Assembly: GCA_951406725.2 (NCBI GenBank)
Contig: OX597834.1
Span: 6,758,001-6,822,000, forward strand
DNA: 64,000 nt
From: Octopus vulgaris
Taxonomy: Eukaryota
Direction: 5' to 3'
The notes beneath the pieces were generated by a model, which was not told the origin of the DNA, did not search any database, and worked only from the letters and a program-made list of their open reading frames with translations. Made by a program: the position numbers and the translations under genes. Positions 39,140-52,684 of the stretch are shown in pieces; positions within the stretch are counted from its first letter, which is position 1, and every line of letters starts with the position of its first letter.

Positions 39140-39209
39140 TGTCTGCCTGTACAGATGTACTTAAATATGTACTTATATATATATTCATTTGTGTATGCGT
39201 ATCTATGAG

Positions 39210-39257
<48 letters not shown>

Positions 39258-39940
39258 CTCTATACTCTATACTGTTTTCTCCCCCTATCGTTTGCCTTCT
39301 CATCCTTTCCCTTATTTCTTTTTCTCCCCTTCACCATTGTCTATCTCTCTCTCTCCCTCTCTTTCTCCTTTACTCTCTCTCTCTCATTGCTCACACATGA
39401 CCATCGTCCATCTTTCTTTGCCTCGTGTGATTATCTTTCTTTTCTTTCAGGGCTGTCCTAAAGACTAGGCATATCCTGTCCCTCTCTTCTATCTTTTCTC
39501 TTGTCAAAGAAAATATTTCTCCAGCGTTCACTATTTTACCCTCGTTCTGGTCTAACGACCCTCCATGTTTGTTTTCGTTTGGCTTCTTTGTATGACTCCG
39601 CTGTCCTGTTTTTGTTCCCAACTTTGACCGTTGAGGCTTAGTGAGTATGTATCTGTTACATTTTCTGGTCTATTATATACTGCCTATGCAGAAGTTGGTA
39701 GAAACTGAGCAGAAAACATTTGTGCATAAGCAAACGAATATAATTTTTTACTTTACTTTTGAACAAAATTGATATCATTGACTTTTCGAGTATGTGTGTG
39801 TGTGTTTAATCATATATCATACGAAAGGACACAGTACTGAAACCTCATAAATTCAAAAATATAAGCACACACATATCAATGCATACATACATATATGCAA
39901 ATACCTGCCTACACACACACATACACATATATATATATAT

Positions 39941-40237
39941 GGGAGCGCAATGGCCAAGTGGTTAGGGCAGCAGACTCGTGGTCGTAGGATCGCGCTTTCG
40001 ATTCCCAGACCAGGCGTTGTGAGTGTTTATTGAGCGAAAACATCTAAAGCTCCACGAAGCTCTGGCAGGGGGTGGTGGCTATCCCTGCTGTACTCTTTCA
40101 CCATAACTTTCTCTCACTCATTCTTCTGTTGACCTGCTTGCTTAGCCAGCAGGGTGGCGTCATTTGAAGGCTAAATCAATGCAAAGCACATTGTGACCAG
40201 CGATGTGTAGCAACATCTGATAGCCTGGTTGATCACG

Positions 40238-40241
<4 letters not shown>
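39941..40241 (+). mobile_element. SINE family E, tail type 1
   Basis: Matches 59964-60272; (TA)n on both sides. Confidence 0.85.
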
Positions 40242-40273
<32 letters not shown>

Positions 40274-40276
<3 letters not shown>

Positions 40277-40636
40277 TTCTGGGTTCAGTCCCACTGCGTG
40301 GCATCTCGGGCAAGTGTCTTCTACTATAGCCTCGGGCCGACCAAAGCCTTGTGAGTGGATTTGGTAGACAGAAACTGAAAGAAGCCCGTCGTATATATGT
40401 ATATATATATATGCGTGTGTGTGTTTGTGTGTCTGTGTTTGTCCCCCTAGCATTGCTTGACAACCGATGCTGGTGTGTTTATGTCCCCGTCACTTAGCGG
40501 TTCAGCAAAAGAGACCGATAGAATAAGTACTGGACTTACAAAAGAATAAGTCCCGGGGTCGAGTTGCTCGACTAAAGGCGGTGCTCCAGCATGGCCGCAG
40601 TCAAATGACTGAAACAAGTAAAAGAGTAAAAGAGTA
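40274..40636 (+). mobile_element. SINE family A, 5'-truncated
   Basis: Starts at box B region. Confidence 0.85.
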
Positions 40637-40638
40637 AT

Positions 40639-40688
<50 letters not shown>

Positions 40689-40926
40689 TAATATAAGGAA
40701 AATAATCAAAATAACTGAATGGGAAAAGACTGAATTATTGTAGTTCATTCCTGAAGTGGATATTTCGAATATTTTAAACCATGTCATTTGAGATGATGAG
40801 GTAAGATGTTTAATAATCAAAGAATTCTTATATCTGTTGATGCTGTGTTTCACTGAAGTATCAGGCAATGTTTGTGAATGTACTTGGCTGTACATTTTGA
40901 TAAAAGAGTCATAATTATTTTGGATT

Positions 40927-41316
40927 ACTCTTTACTCTCTTTTTACTCTTTTACTTGTTTCAGTCATTTGACTGTGGCCATGCTGGAGCAGCACCTTTTA
41001 GTCGAGCAAATCTACCCCGGGACTCATTCTTTGTAAGCCTAGTACTTATTCTATCGGTAAACACACCAGTATCGGTTGTCAAGCGATGTTGGGAGAACAA
41101 GCACAGATACACAAAGACACACACACACATATATATACATATACATATATACAACGGGCTTCTTTCAGTGTCCGTCTACCAAATCCACTCACAAGGCTTT
41201 GGTTGGCCCGAGGCTATAGTAGAAGACACTTGCCCAAGGTGCCATGCAGTGGGGACTGAACCTGGAACCATGTGGTTGGTAAGCTAGCTACTTACCACAC
41301 AGCCATTCCTGCACCT
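40927..41316 (-). mobile_element. SINE family A with internal deletion
   Basis: Tail-to-tail with 40274-40636. Confidence 0.85.
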
Positions 41317-42402
41317 ATGCCCCAAAATATTTCAGAAGAGAACACTAAAATTCCTTGCAATGGGCTTTGTGTATAATATAGATTATGTGCATACATTTAG
41401 TATAGTATATTCATTTATTGTGAATTTGCTATGCATTCTAATGCTCATTTATCCTCTTACTTTTGTAAATTTTATTAACTGACAATTGTCACAATTAATT
41501 ACAATAAAAAAATTACATAAATAAAGAGGAAAAATTCAAATAATTAAGAAATTTTTGCATATGTTATTTAGTATATCTCATAACTTAATTACTGTTGATT
41601 CAGGTCAGTATAGGTCTTCCGTAATTGGCAATAGCTCTTGTCAAAATAATATAAAGTCTAATGTTTAAAACATTATCAATATTTGTTAGTTTGTGTTTTA
41701 CAGTGAAATTACTGCTGATGCTCATACGCCAAAAATACCATTGAACTCTTTTGAAAATGATATGTTACAATAATATTCTATGACATTACTGTCCATTTTA
41801 AATGTTAAATGAATTAGTAGAGAAAATTTAAAAAAAATTATTTATATTCATTCCTCTGCTTTGTCATTAATATTAACAGTGTCCCTTAATGACCCTGGCA
41901 CTTTTTCAAACATGCCAGAGTGTTTGGGTGTATGTATGCTGCTCTAACCACTAGGCCATGTACCTCCACTGATCACTTCATGCGGATTAAGGTTTCATAA
42001 GAAACCTCTTCAGTTCTGTCTGCTTTCCTCAAACATTAACACTTCATCTCTTAGCATAATACCACTTTCTTCTCAACTGTAATCCCCACCCAATCAAAGG
42101 GGATCTTAGCCCTGCAGGCTGCTGCAAGGTAGCTTTAGTAGTGCTGTTGCTATGAAAGAAAACACCCCCCTATATTCTGTAAAGGGGTTAGGGTTAGGGT
42201 TAGGGTTGGCACCCAGTCATAGAAACCATGCCAAAACAGGCACTGGGGAATGATGCAGTCCTTTGCCTTGTCGGAGCCTTTCAATGGGATTTGACAGATC
42301 CAGTATCACTCCTGCCCATGCTAGAATGGAGTGTGGGTTTTAAATAACGATGATGATGAAAATGATAATGATTATGATGATGATGATGAAAACGATAATG
42401 TT

Positions 42403-42632
42403 TTTATTTATTGCTCACAGGGAGCTAAACACAGAGGGGACAAACAATGATAGACAAAGGGATTAAGTCGATTATATCGACCCCAGTGCGAAACTGGTAC
42501 TTTATTTATCGACCCCGAAAGGATGAAAGGCAAAGTCAACCTCGATGGAATTTGAACTCAGAACGTAAAGACAGACGAAATACCACAAAGCATCTCATCC
42601 GGGGTTGTAATGATTTTGCCAGCTCACTGCCA
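42403..42632 (-). mobile_element. SINE family B monomer
   Basis: TSD AAAACGATAATG on both sides. Confidence 0.8.
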
Positions 42633-42963
42633 TAAAACGATAATGATTATGATGATGAGGATGATGATGTGTGTGTTTATATGCAGGTGCTTCTTAGCAA
42701 AATGAAATATAATGCAAAATTTGGATACTTGTTTACAAGTCAAATTTAGACACTATAAACCTAAAGTGATTTATTCTTAGTATTTTTGTAGATATAAACA
42801 AACATTTTGAGTTTCCATGCAGAGATCATTCAAAATTTAATATCCTAAGATGCTAGAATGTAATGTCTGAACATTGGAAAGATATTCTTTTATTCTATTA
42901 TTCTTTTACTGGTTTCAGTAATTTTACTGCAGTCATGCTGGAGCACTGCCTCAAGAACAATGC

Positions 42964-43013
42964 CTCCCCGGTGGGGTATCAAACCCCGGTCCCCTGCATG
43001 ACAGGTGGGGATA
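42964..43013 (-). pseudogene. 5'-truncated tRNA-Asp(GTC) pseudogene
   Basis: Minus strand TATCCCCACCTGTCATGCAGGGGACCGGGGTTTGATACCCCACCGGGGAG resembles the anticodon arm, T arm and 3' acceptor strand of eukaryotic tRNA-Asp; 5' end and D arm absent. Confidence 0.75.
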
Positions 43014-44003
43014 GGATCTTCAGGATTGAGTAATTTGGTCAAAAATTCAAAGGTGGGAAAATGTGGTGTGGGGGGGGGGATATATGAAAAAACATCAATA
43101 CATATGAGAGTGAAAAAGAAATGAGGATTGTTATCTTTGGATGTGCTAGAAACAACAGACAAATCGCACTTAACTCACTTTTCCCTCAGAAAATATTAAC
43201 AATTTAAAGAAAAAATTTACTGAAAATGCACTTCCCATGGTTTTGAAGTATAAAAAAAAAAATTGGCCAAAATAGGTCCAGAGTGGGATGATGAAGGAGA
43301 GAGTGTGAAAAAAAGTTTTCAAAACATTTTTTTTATAAAACGATAACACCACCAGCACCATCATCATTTTGAAGGCTGTGGTTTTAAAAACATGGGGAAA
43401 ATCCCTGAAAAAATTTCTCCCACAAATTTCTTCATAATCTTAATCAATGCTGTTTGAAAGGGATTTGTATAAATTTTCATTAAAAGATATCCATCTTCCT
43501 GAAAGTTACAAGGAAAAAAGTCAGATCGTGTGAATGTTCCAAAACTCCTCTCTCCACCTCTTGGAAAAATTCTTTCTCACAAATCCCTATATACTCTGAA
43601 GCCACAACATCTAAGCAGTATTTCTAGAACATTTTGTTAAAGAGTATTCATTTTTCTAGATATTATGAGGCAACATAATTCCTCTGTAGTAATGCCCTTT
43701 TATTTATGTTTTTTTCATTTCCTGTTTATTTCATTTATTGTTTGCAATTTTCTCTCTTCCCCACTCTCTCACTCTCTCTCTCTCTCACACACACTACAAA
43801 GCTTATAGATGGGCAGCTGAAATGAAATCTCTATGTTGCTTTGAGGGAAAGTTAAAACTTGACAAACTGCTTCTCCCTCTGTTGTTGGACTACCATGATG
43901 TTTGTTTAAAAACGTAAGGTAATAACTGTGATAGAATAATGAAAGCAATACTTACTAAGCAAGTGAGCACTATTATACAAAGAAATAGATGTAAAATATA
44001 AAA

Positions 44004-44122
44004 ATTATTAGAAATTGGAATCAAATGTGAAAATGTTATCAAGGCGCTAGCAGAAAACCGCCCTGAGGGTGGTCTTTCAGCTAATGATAATAATTATGAT
44101 AATACTCCTCCTCCTCCTCCTC

Positions 44123-44167
<45 letters not shown>

Positions 44168-44361
44168 ATAATAATAATAATAAGAAGAAGAAGAAGAAGA
44201 AGAAGAAGGAGAAGAAGAAAATGAAAGTGAGGAGAAGGATCATGATGATGAGGAGGGGGAGTATTAGTATTATCATTATTATTATCATTAGCAGAAAGAC
44301 CACCCTCAGGGCGGTTTTCTGCTAGCCCCTTGATAACATTTCCACATTTGATTCCAATTTC

Positions 44362-44369
<8 letters not shown>
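44004..44369. repeat. ~90 bp inverted repeat enclosing a microsatellite spacer
   Basis: 44004-44092 is the reverse complement of ~44279-44367 with about 3 mismatches. Confidence 0.85.
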
Positions 44370-44422
<53 letters not shown>

Positions 44423-45581
44423 AAGAAGAAGAAGAAGAAGAAGAAGAAGATGATGATGATGAAGAAGAAGAAGAGAAGATGAAGTAGAAGAAAGAGATGA
44501 AGAAAGAGAAAATGGAGATGAAGGAAAAGGAGGATGGGGAGGAGGGAGCTGAAGAGGAAGAAAAAGAATAATAATAAGAAAAATAAGAAGAAGAAGGAGG
44601 AGGAGGAGGAGAAGAAGAAGGAGGAGGAGGAGAAGGAGGAGGAGAAGGAGAGGGAGGAGGAGGTGAAGGAGGAGAAGGACGAGGAGGAAGAGAAGAAGAA
44701 GAAGAAGAAGAAGAAGAAGAAGAAGAAGAAGAAGAAGAAGGATTAAATTAAGTCAAAATGCATTTGTTTTTGGCATGCTAACCTTTCCACAAAATATTTA
44801 TTGCTGAAATTTTGTTAAAATTCAGAAATCTATTTTTGTTCTAGAAAAGGTCAAAAATCTGTCAGTATTAACAATTTTGACATTTGTTGAGACAGTATTT
44901 AATGTGGAAGATAATTTGGTAAATTTTGTGTAGAATTTATAATGCTCCTGATCATGATGATGTCAATGATGGTGTTGATGATGAGTAATACTGAAGCTAA
45001 AATGAAATATTGGTTAATTGCATTTTTTCCTAACGATTGGAATAGTGAGAAAGTCAGAGCACTGACGTATGAACCATGATGGTAATTGCTCTCTTAGTGA
45101 GTATTAGCAGTGTTTGTGGGTGTGTGGTAAGAAGTTTGCTTCCCAGCCACATGGTTCTGGGTTCAATCCCACTGTGTGGCATTTTGGGCAAGTGTCTTTA
45201 ATGTAGCCCCAGGCCAATCAAAGCCCTGTGAGTGGATTTGGTAGATGGAAGCTGACAGAAACAAAAAGCTTCCTTTGGCCCAGGGCTATAGTAGAAGACA
45301 ATTGCCCAAGATGCCATGGAATGAGAGTGAACCCGGAACCATATGGTTGGCAAGCAAGCTTCTTAGCTTGGAGCTGCCTTTGTGCCTATGTCTAAAACGG
45401 TTACTTCTGATAAATGTTATAATAGACAATTGCCCAAGATGCAGTGAGATTGAACCCGGAACCATATGGTTGGCAAGCAAGCTTCTTACCTCAGAGCCGG
45501 CTTTGTGCCAATGTCTAAAAACAGTGACTTCTGATGGATGTTATAATAGAAGAATAACAACTGGTGTTTACACCATATTTA

Positions 45582-45802
45582 ATCCTTTTGAATCCAACAT
45601 GTCTGAGACCACTCTTGGTTCTATGATGCCAAATTCCTTGTTTTAATGTGTTCTAAATTATCCCATCAGGATTTCATATTAATTCAAGTTCCGAACACCA
45701 GTTTAATAATGACAAACTTATTTTACTAAATTTTTGCATTATTCTAAAAATTAATTGAAACAATAGCCATGCATTTCAACAGAGATGGAGTAACAAAAGA
45801 GG
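45582..45802. mobile_element. Diverged MITE family 1 copy
   Basis: TTAA-TCCTTTTGAA start, GTAACAAAAGAGG end, internal similarity to 7714-7934. Confidence 0.5.
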
Positions 45803-46209
45803 TAAATTCTAAGCTATACTAAACAATACATGAATCATATCTCTTCTGTAAGAGGTAATATAGATAATCTAATTTAACTATGAGAGAGAGAAAGAAAGAG
45901 AGAGAGAGAGGAAGAAGAAAGGGACAAGAAGAAAGGGAGAGGGAGAAAAGGAGAGAGAGGGTGTGTAGCTGATGCAACTTCTGCACATTCTATTAAATTA
46001 ATTATAAGAGAGAGAATGTAGTTAATTTAATTTCTACATGTTATGAAACAAGAGCTAACAGCTAAATCTCAAGACCACTAATTTTGGTTATTCTGAATTG
46101 GCAAAAGTCATTTCAGTAAAGATTTCAAAAACAGATAATATTTTATCAGAAGAGAATTCCGACATTTTAGGCAGAGCCTTTCTTCAAAGAATCTCTCTGA
46201 AGAACAACT

Positions 46210-46428
46210 TTACTCTTTTACTCTTTTACTTGTTTCAGTCATTTGACTACGGCCATGCTGGAGCACCGCCTTTTAGTCGAGCAAATCGACCCCGGGTCTT
46301 ATTCTTTTTGTAAGCCCAGTACTTATTTTATCGGTCCCTTTTTTTGCCGAACCGCTAAGTGACGGTAACGTAAACACACCAAGCATCGGTTGTCAAGCAA
46401 TGCTAGGGGAACAAACACAGACACACAA

Positions 46429-46477
<49 letters not shown>

Positions 46478-46643
46478 TACGACGGGCTTCTTTTCAGTTT
46501 CCGTCTACCAAATCCACTCACAAGGCATTGGTCGGCCCGGGGCTATAGCAGAAGACACTTGCCCAAGATGCCACGCAGTGGGACTGAACCCAGAACCATG
46601 TGGTTGGTTAGCAAGCTACTTACCACACAGCCACTCCTGCGCC
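46210..46643 (-). mobile_element. SINE family A, full length
   Basis: Complete head to tail. Confidence 0.88.
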
Positions 46644-46875
46644 TTTGTTCGAAAATTATATAATGAGGCATTACAATCACAGGAAAGGTTTATCAAATGC
46701 ATATTAATCCTTCCTTTGATATATTTCTTATGAAATGCACAGCTTGTACATTAATTAAACGGCTGATAGATTTAATGCACTGCCTTGATTAACACCAACA
46801 TCTGGACCTTCAGTGAATTTTGTAGGGTCCACTCTGTTAGAAGATTTCGTCCCGATGTGACCATCTGTGGATACC

Positions 46876-47453
46876 TATTTCTTTACTACCCACAAGGGGC
46901 TGAACACAGAGGAGACAAACAAGGACTGACAGACACACGGATTAAGTCGATTACATCGACCCCAGTGTGTAACTGGTACTTAATTTATCGACCCCGAAAG
47001 GATGAAAGGCAAAGTCGACCTCGGCGGAATTTGAACTCAGAACGTAACGGCAGACGAAATATCTATTTCTTTATTACCCACAAGGTAGAGGGGACAAACA
47101 AGGACAGACACATGGATTAAGTCGATTACATCAACCCCAATGCATAACTGGTACTTAATTTATCGACCCCGAAAGGATGAAAGGCAAAGTCGACCTCGGC
47201 GGAATTTGAACTCAGAACGTAATGGCAGACGAAATATCTATTTCTTTATTACCCACAAGGTAGAGGGACAAACAAGGACAGACACATGGATTAAGTCGAT
47301 TACATCAACCCCAATGCATAACTGGTACTTAATTTATCGACCCCGAAAGGATGAAAGGCAAAGTCGACCTCAGCTGAATTTGAACTCAGAATGTAATGGC
47401 AGACGAAATACCGTCTGCATTTCGCCCAGTGTGCTAACGATTCTGCCAGTTCG
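46876..47453 (-). mobile_element. SINE family B trimer
   Basis: Units at 46876, 47064, 47239; TSD CCATCTGTGGATACC. Confidence 0.85.
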
Positions 47454-48286
47454 CCATCTGTGGATACCATCTTCACACAAATCAGAAGTCTGAACAAAGA
47501 ATTTGCTCAAATTGCTACAAATTGGGACAGAATGCTCAGAGGTGAATAAGGGTATAAAAAGATCTTCTTAAGCATGCAGACCTGTCTGTACCCATAATAG
47601 AAAAGGAACAGAATGACTACAGGGAATTACTATCTCTTATCTCTTAGACTGTGGCCATGCTGGAGCACCACCTTCAAGAATTTTTAGTTGAATGAATTGA
47701 ACCCAGTACCTACATTTTTCCTAATCCTGCTACTTTTTCTATTGGACTTTTTTGCTGAACTGCTAAGTTATGGGGATATACTAACATCAGCTGTCAAGTG
47801 GTACTAGGGGACAAACACAGCCATAATGACACACACATTGATATATATATATATTTATATAATATTAGTGAGTATAACTCCAAACTTACAGGGAAAAATT
47901 CAATTCAGTATTAAATCAAATTTCACAATATAAATATATAAAATATAAATTAGAAATAAAGCCACTATTATGCAATTTAAACAATGATAGATATGAAATG
48001 TACGCAGTTTTTTTTTACTTATTATATATTGATTATTAATTTTTATACTTTTTGTGATCTAGTTTTATAAAAATATATTTTATTTGTTATTTATGTTTTG
48101 GTTTATGACTATCATTATTAGAATTGCATAATTGTGGTTTTATCTCTAATTTATATATTATATATATAAATAATATATATACATACATACATACATACAC
48201 ATATGTATATATATATATATATATATATAGCAATATTTAGGAACGGCCATAATAGGCCGTTCAACCCACTAGAAATAGCAGCCAGG

Positions 48287-48324
<38 letters not shown>

Positions 48325-49258
48325 CCTAAAAAATGTTTTAGCCCGAAGGCCGCGGCCATGCTGGGGCACCATACATATATATATATATACATACATATAT
48401 AGAGTCGGCTTCTTTCAGTTTCCATCGACCTCACACACATGCACATGCACATATGCACACACACACACACACACACGCGCACATGCATGCACATGATGGG
48501 TTTTCAGTTTCTGCCAACCAAATCTACTCTCAAGGTTTTGTTTGGCCCACGGCTATAGTAGAAGACAACCAAGGGGTCTCATTCTCATGCAATGAGCCAG
48601 AAACCCAAACCATGTGGTTGAGAAGCAAGTTTCTTACCACACAGCCACACCTGCGTTAGAAACAATAGCCAATCAACGTGTTAGATACAGCAACTATTCT
48701 AAACATTTTTAGAAAAGCAGCCAAATCACTCGTAATTGTCATGAAAAAGACTGAAACACTAAATATAGAATTCTTAAGAAAACAATAAAACAGGACGACA
48801 TACTTTGGTTTAGCAATGGCATATATACTTTGCCTTGCTTTCTTTGCCAAACTTATGAGAAGAAAAATAATTAATTTAGAAAAATACCAAGAATTTAGAG
48901 TGATTTTGTAAAATACCAAGAGGTTTCCATATTAATCTGATGTTTGAAACATAAAAGTTCTTTCTACATGAAATTATGTTGGAAAATGCTGTCTTCAATA
49001 TGAATAATTCAAAATCCGTGATTGCTTTTTCTTAAAATGAGAGGTAGAGGTGTGAAAAGGTTAAATCCTCACCTGAAGTTAATGTTAATATCTTTGTTTT
49101 CTATTTAGTGTGTCATTCTTTAAATTAAGCCTAGAACAAGCATGGATATTCATTCTCAAGGGAAAATGGTATTTGCTGTTTAATCCAAGGTGAGCCCTGA
49201 TCAAGTAAACACTTGATCAAATGCATTTTATCTGTGATCATCTTATTTTTTTATTTCT

Positions 49259-49289
<31 letters not shown>

Positions 49290-49295
<6 letters not shown>

Positions 49296-49482
49296 CATCA
49301 TCATCATCATCGTCATCGTTTAACGTCCATTTTCCATGCTGGCTTGGGTTGGACAGTTTGACTGGGGACTGGCAAACCAGGAGGCTCCAGTCTGATCTGG
49401 CAAGGTTTCTACAGCTGGAAGCCCTTCCTAATGCCAACCACTCCGAGAGTGTAGTGGGTGCTTTTAACATGCCAACAGCATG
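49290..49482 (-). mobile_element. RTE-tail element (family D)
   Basis: Reverse complement of 15240-15436. Confidence 0.7.
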
Positions 49483-49759
49483 GGAGCCTGTTTTAACTTT
49501 GGACCTTTAACTTTTAATTTTTAATTCTTTAATTTGTATCTTTTATCCATTTAATTGTAGTTTTATCCCATGTGTACCCCCTTAAGTTAGGCATCTATTT
49601 TTAGCTATCCCTACTGACCACTGAATTAAATAGTCTCTATGACCACTCCCAACCTAGAATTCATCTATTTTAATTAATAAACATAAATACCTGCTGCCCC
49701 CACTTTACCAAAACCTTAATGCCTGACCTCTCAACCCAAAGAATAATACTGGCATCTTG

Positions 49760-50503
49760 GTACTTGTGGCTATGGCGAAATAATGTGTATGGTGGACACA
49801 TCTGAAAGGTCTAGAGACAAACACTTTCCTCTCTGGTCAATCTCTCATCAACTTCTTCAAGTATCACTTGAAGAGGAAGATGAGAGCAGAGAGGGAAGTT
49901 TTGTCTAGTGAATGCTTAAAAAATATATTTCTTTACTACCCACAAGGGGCTAAACACAGAAGGGACAAACAAGGACAGACAAACAGATTAAGTCGACCCC
50001 AGTGCGTAACTGGTACTTAGTTTATCGACCCCGAAAGGATCAAAGGCAAAGTCGACCTCAACGGAATTTGAACCAGAACGTAACGGCAGACGAAATACGG
50101 CTACGCATTTCGCCCGGCGTGCTAACGTGTCTGCCAGTTTGCCGCCAAAAATAGATGGGTGAACGTAGCAAGGATGGCACGTGTGACAGCTTGAGCATAA
50201 TCCTATGAACCAAAAGAAAAAAAAACAAAAGGAAAAAAGAGGGCCACTTACTGTAATGTGTTCTCTTTTTGCATGACACTCTTGCCCAAGGTTCCCGTGG
50301 TCTTTTCCATAGGCTTTTCTATCCACGGACAAACCTAATGTGTCTTCCCTTTCTGTGAAACAACCTGTGTCATTTCTGTGATACATAATCACTATTGATC
50401 GGAATTCGCCCCCGCCTTTTTTTTTCCTTCTTCCCAAAAAGAAAAGCTCTACTTTGTATTTTGTCCCTTCTGTGTTCATCCCTGCATGGCCAATAAAGAA
50501 ATC
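49760..50503 (+). mobile_element. 3' end of an L1/Tx1-like LINE interrupted by SINE B
   Basis: ILVLVAMAK*CVWWTHLKGL..LINFFKYHLKRKMRAEREVL..[SINE]..NRWVNVARM, then a 3' UTR ending AATAAAGAAAT; clade assignment from the remembered AKxxIW / RW C-terminal pattern. Confidence 0.5.
49926..50146 (-). mobile_element. SINE family B monomer
   Basis: TSD AAAAATA at 49919-25 and 50147-53. Confidence 0.85.
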
Positions 50504-51054
50504 TATCTTTTTGATTTTTGTTTTTTATTTTGATTTTTGATTTTACTTTCACTTTAATTCGGTTTTTTCCCCACACCTACCCCAGTCATTTCTTTTCCCT
50601 CTTTCACCTTTCTCTTCTATCCTCCTATTCACAACCCACTTCTATCTATCTTGATGTCTGTCTTCCTCACTCTATATTCTCACCTGGACCATTTACATAC
50701 TAGCTAACCCCTTAATCCCTTACTTCAACATGAACGCATCATTCAAAATACAACCAAAACACTGCCTGGATTTATATCCTTTCATTTTTCAAGACAGGTG
50801 GACATATAATTAAAGACGTGGTTTGTATTTCTAGCAGGTTTATCAAACCTATAGATGTTCTATGGTAACATCACTTTCAGTTATGGCTGCCGAGGGAAAG
50901 TTATTGATGATATTTTCAGAATCTTCATTATTAGAACTTCCCTAATGAGACAGCATTCAGTTAATTAAACATGCTTGAAATATTCTAATTTCAATTTATT
51001 TCTTGCTATCATGGCCATATCCATCACCACTGGCACCTCCCACCTCCTCCTCTT

Positions 51055-51072
51055 CATCATCCTCTCATCATT

Positions 51073-51106
<34 letters not shown>

Positions 51107-51201
51107 CCACCACCACCACCATCATCATTATCACTATCATCATCATCATCACCACCACCACCACCATCATTATCACCATCAGCATCATCATCATCACCAC
51201 C

Positions 51202-51235
<34 letters not shown>

Positions 51236-51288
51236 TCAGCATCAGCATCACCACCACTATCATCATCATCATCATCACCACCACCACC

Positions 51289-51322
<34 letters not shown>

Positions 51323-51417
51323 TCATCACCATCACCACCACTATCATCATCATCATCATCATCACCACCACCACCACCATCATCATCATCATCGTCATCA
51401 TCACCATCACCACCACT

Positions 51418-51457
<40 letters not shown>

Positions 51458-51472
51458 CCATCACCACCACAC

Positions 51473-51507
<35 letters not shown>

Positions 51508-51612
51508 CCACCACCATCATCATCATCATCATCACCATCACCACCACTATCATCATCATCATCATCATCATCACCACCACCGCCACCACCACCACCACCA
51601 CCACCACCACCA
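51055..51612. repeat. (CAT)n/(CAC)n microsatellite
   Basis: Direct reading. Confidence 0.9.
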
Positions 51613-51913
51613 GTGCAAGGTAATATTTCCTACTTTCCTGTTGCCAGATTTGTTCACACAGAACATGTGGAGGAAACGGAGGATACCAGTTTACTGATGG
51701 TTACACAAGCTCACATCTATCACATGAAGTCAGACAAGAAGACACTGACACCTCTGCTCCACTACACACTGCCCTCACCACTGGGCCATTGCACCCCCCC
51801 CCCACACACACACAAACAGCAAATCCTTGGTAGAAAAGCTCACCCAAAGTGTCATGCAGAAAATCTACACGTGGAACCATGCAGTTGGAAAGCAAATTTT
51901 ATAATGACACAGA

Positions 51914-52173
51914 TGTGCCGGTGGCACATAAAATACACCAATCTGACCGTGGCCGTTGCCAGCCCCACCTGGCACCTGTGCAGGTGGCACGTAAAAAGCA
52001 CCCACTACACTCATGGAGTGGTTGGCGTTAGGAAGGGCATCCAGCTGTAGAAACATTGCCAGATTAGACTGGAGCCTGGTGCAGCCTTCTGGCTTCCCAG
52101 AACCCCGGTCGAACCGTCCAACCCATGCTAGCATGGAGAACGGACGTTAAACGACGATGATGATGATGATGAT
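51914..52173 (+). mobile_element. RTE-tail element (family D)
   Basis: Matches 15170-15436 including the (GAT)n tail. Confidence 0.75.
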
Positions 52174-52684
52174 ATATATGTATGTATATGTATGTATGTA
52201 TGTATGTATCATCATCATCATCGTCGTCATCGTCGTTGTCGTCGTCATCATCATCACCATCATCAGCATCATCATCGTCGTTGTCATCACCGCTGTTGTT
52301 GTCATCATCATCATCATCATCGTCATTGTCGTCATCATCATCATCATCATCATTGTCGTTGTCATCGCTGTTGTTGTCATTGTTGTTTTCGTCGTCATCA
52401 TCATCATCATCATCATCAACATCGTCATCATCGTCGTTGTCGTCGTCATCATCATCATCATCGTCGTCGTTGTCATCATCGCTGTTGTTGTCATTGTTGT
52501 TGTTGTCGTCATATCATCATCATTATCAACATCGTCGTTGTTGTCCTTGTCATCATCATTATCATCAGCATCATTATCATTGTCGTCATTGTCATCGCCA
52601 TCATCATCATCATGAACAGCAGCAGCATCAGCATTGTTCAACATCCATCATCCATTCGCACACATATTTCTCACCCACCACATC

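Noticed and set aside
42185-42207. (TTAGGG)3 as an interstitial telomere
   Set aside because: Only three units inside a degraded RTE-tail element; short slippage is sufficient.
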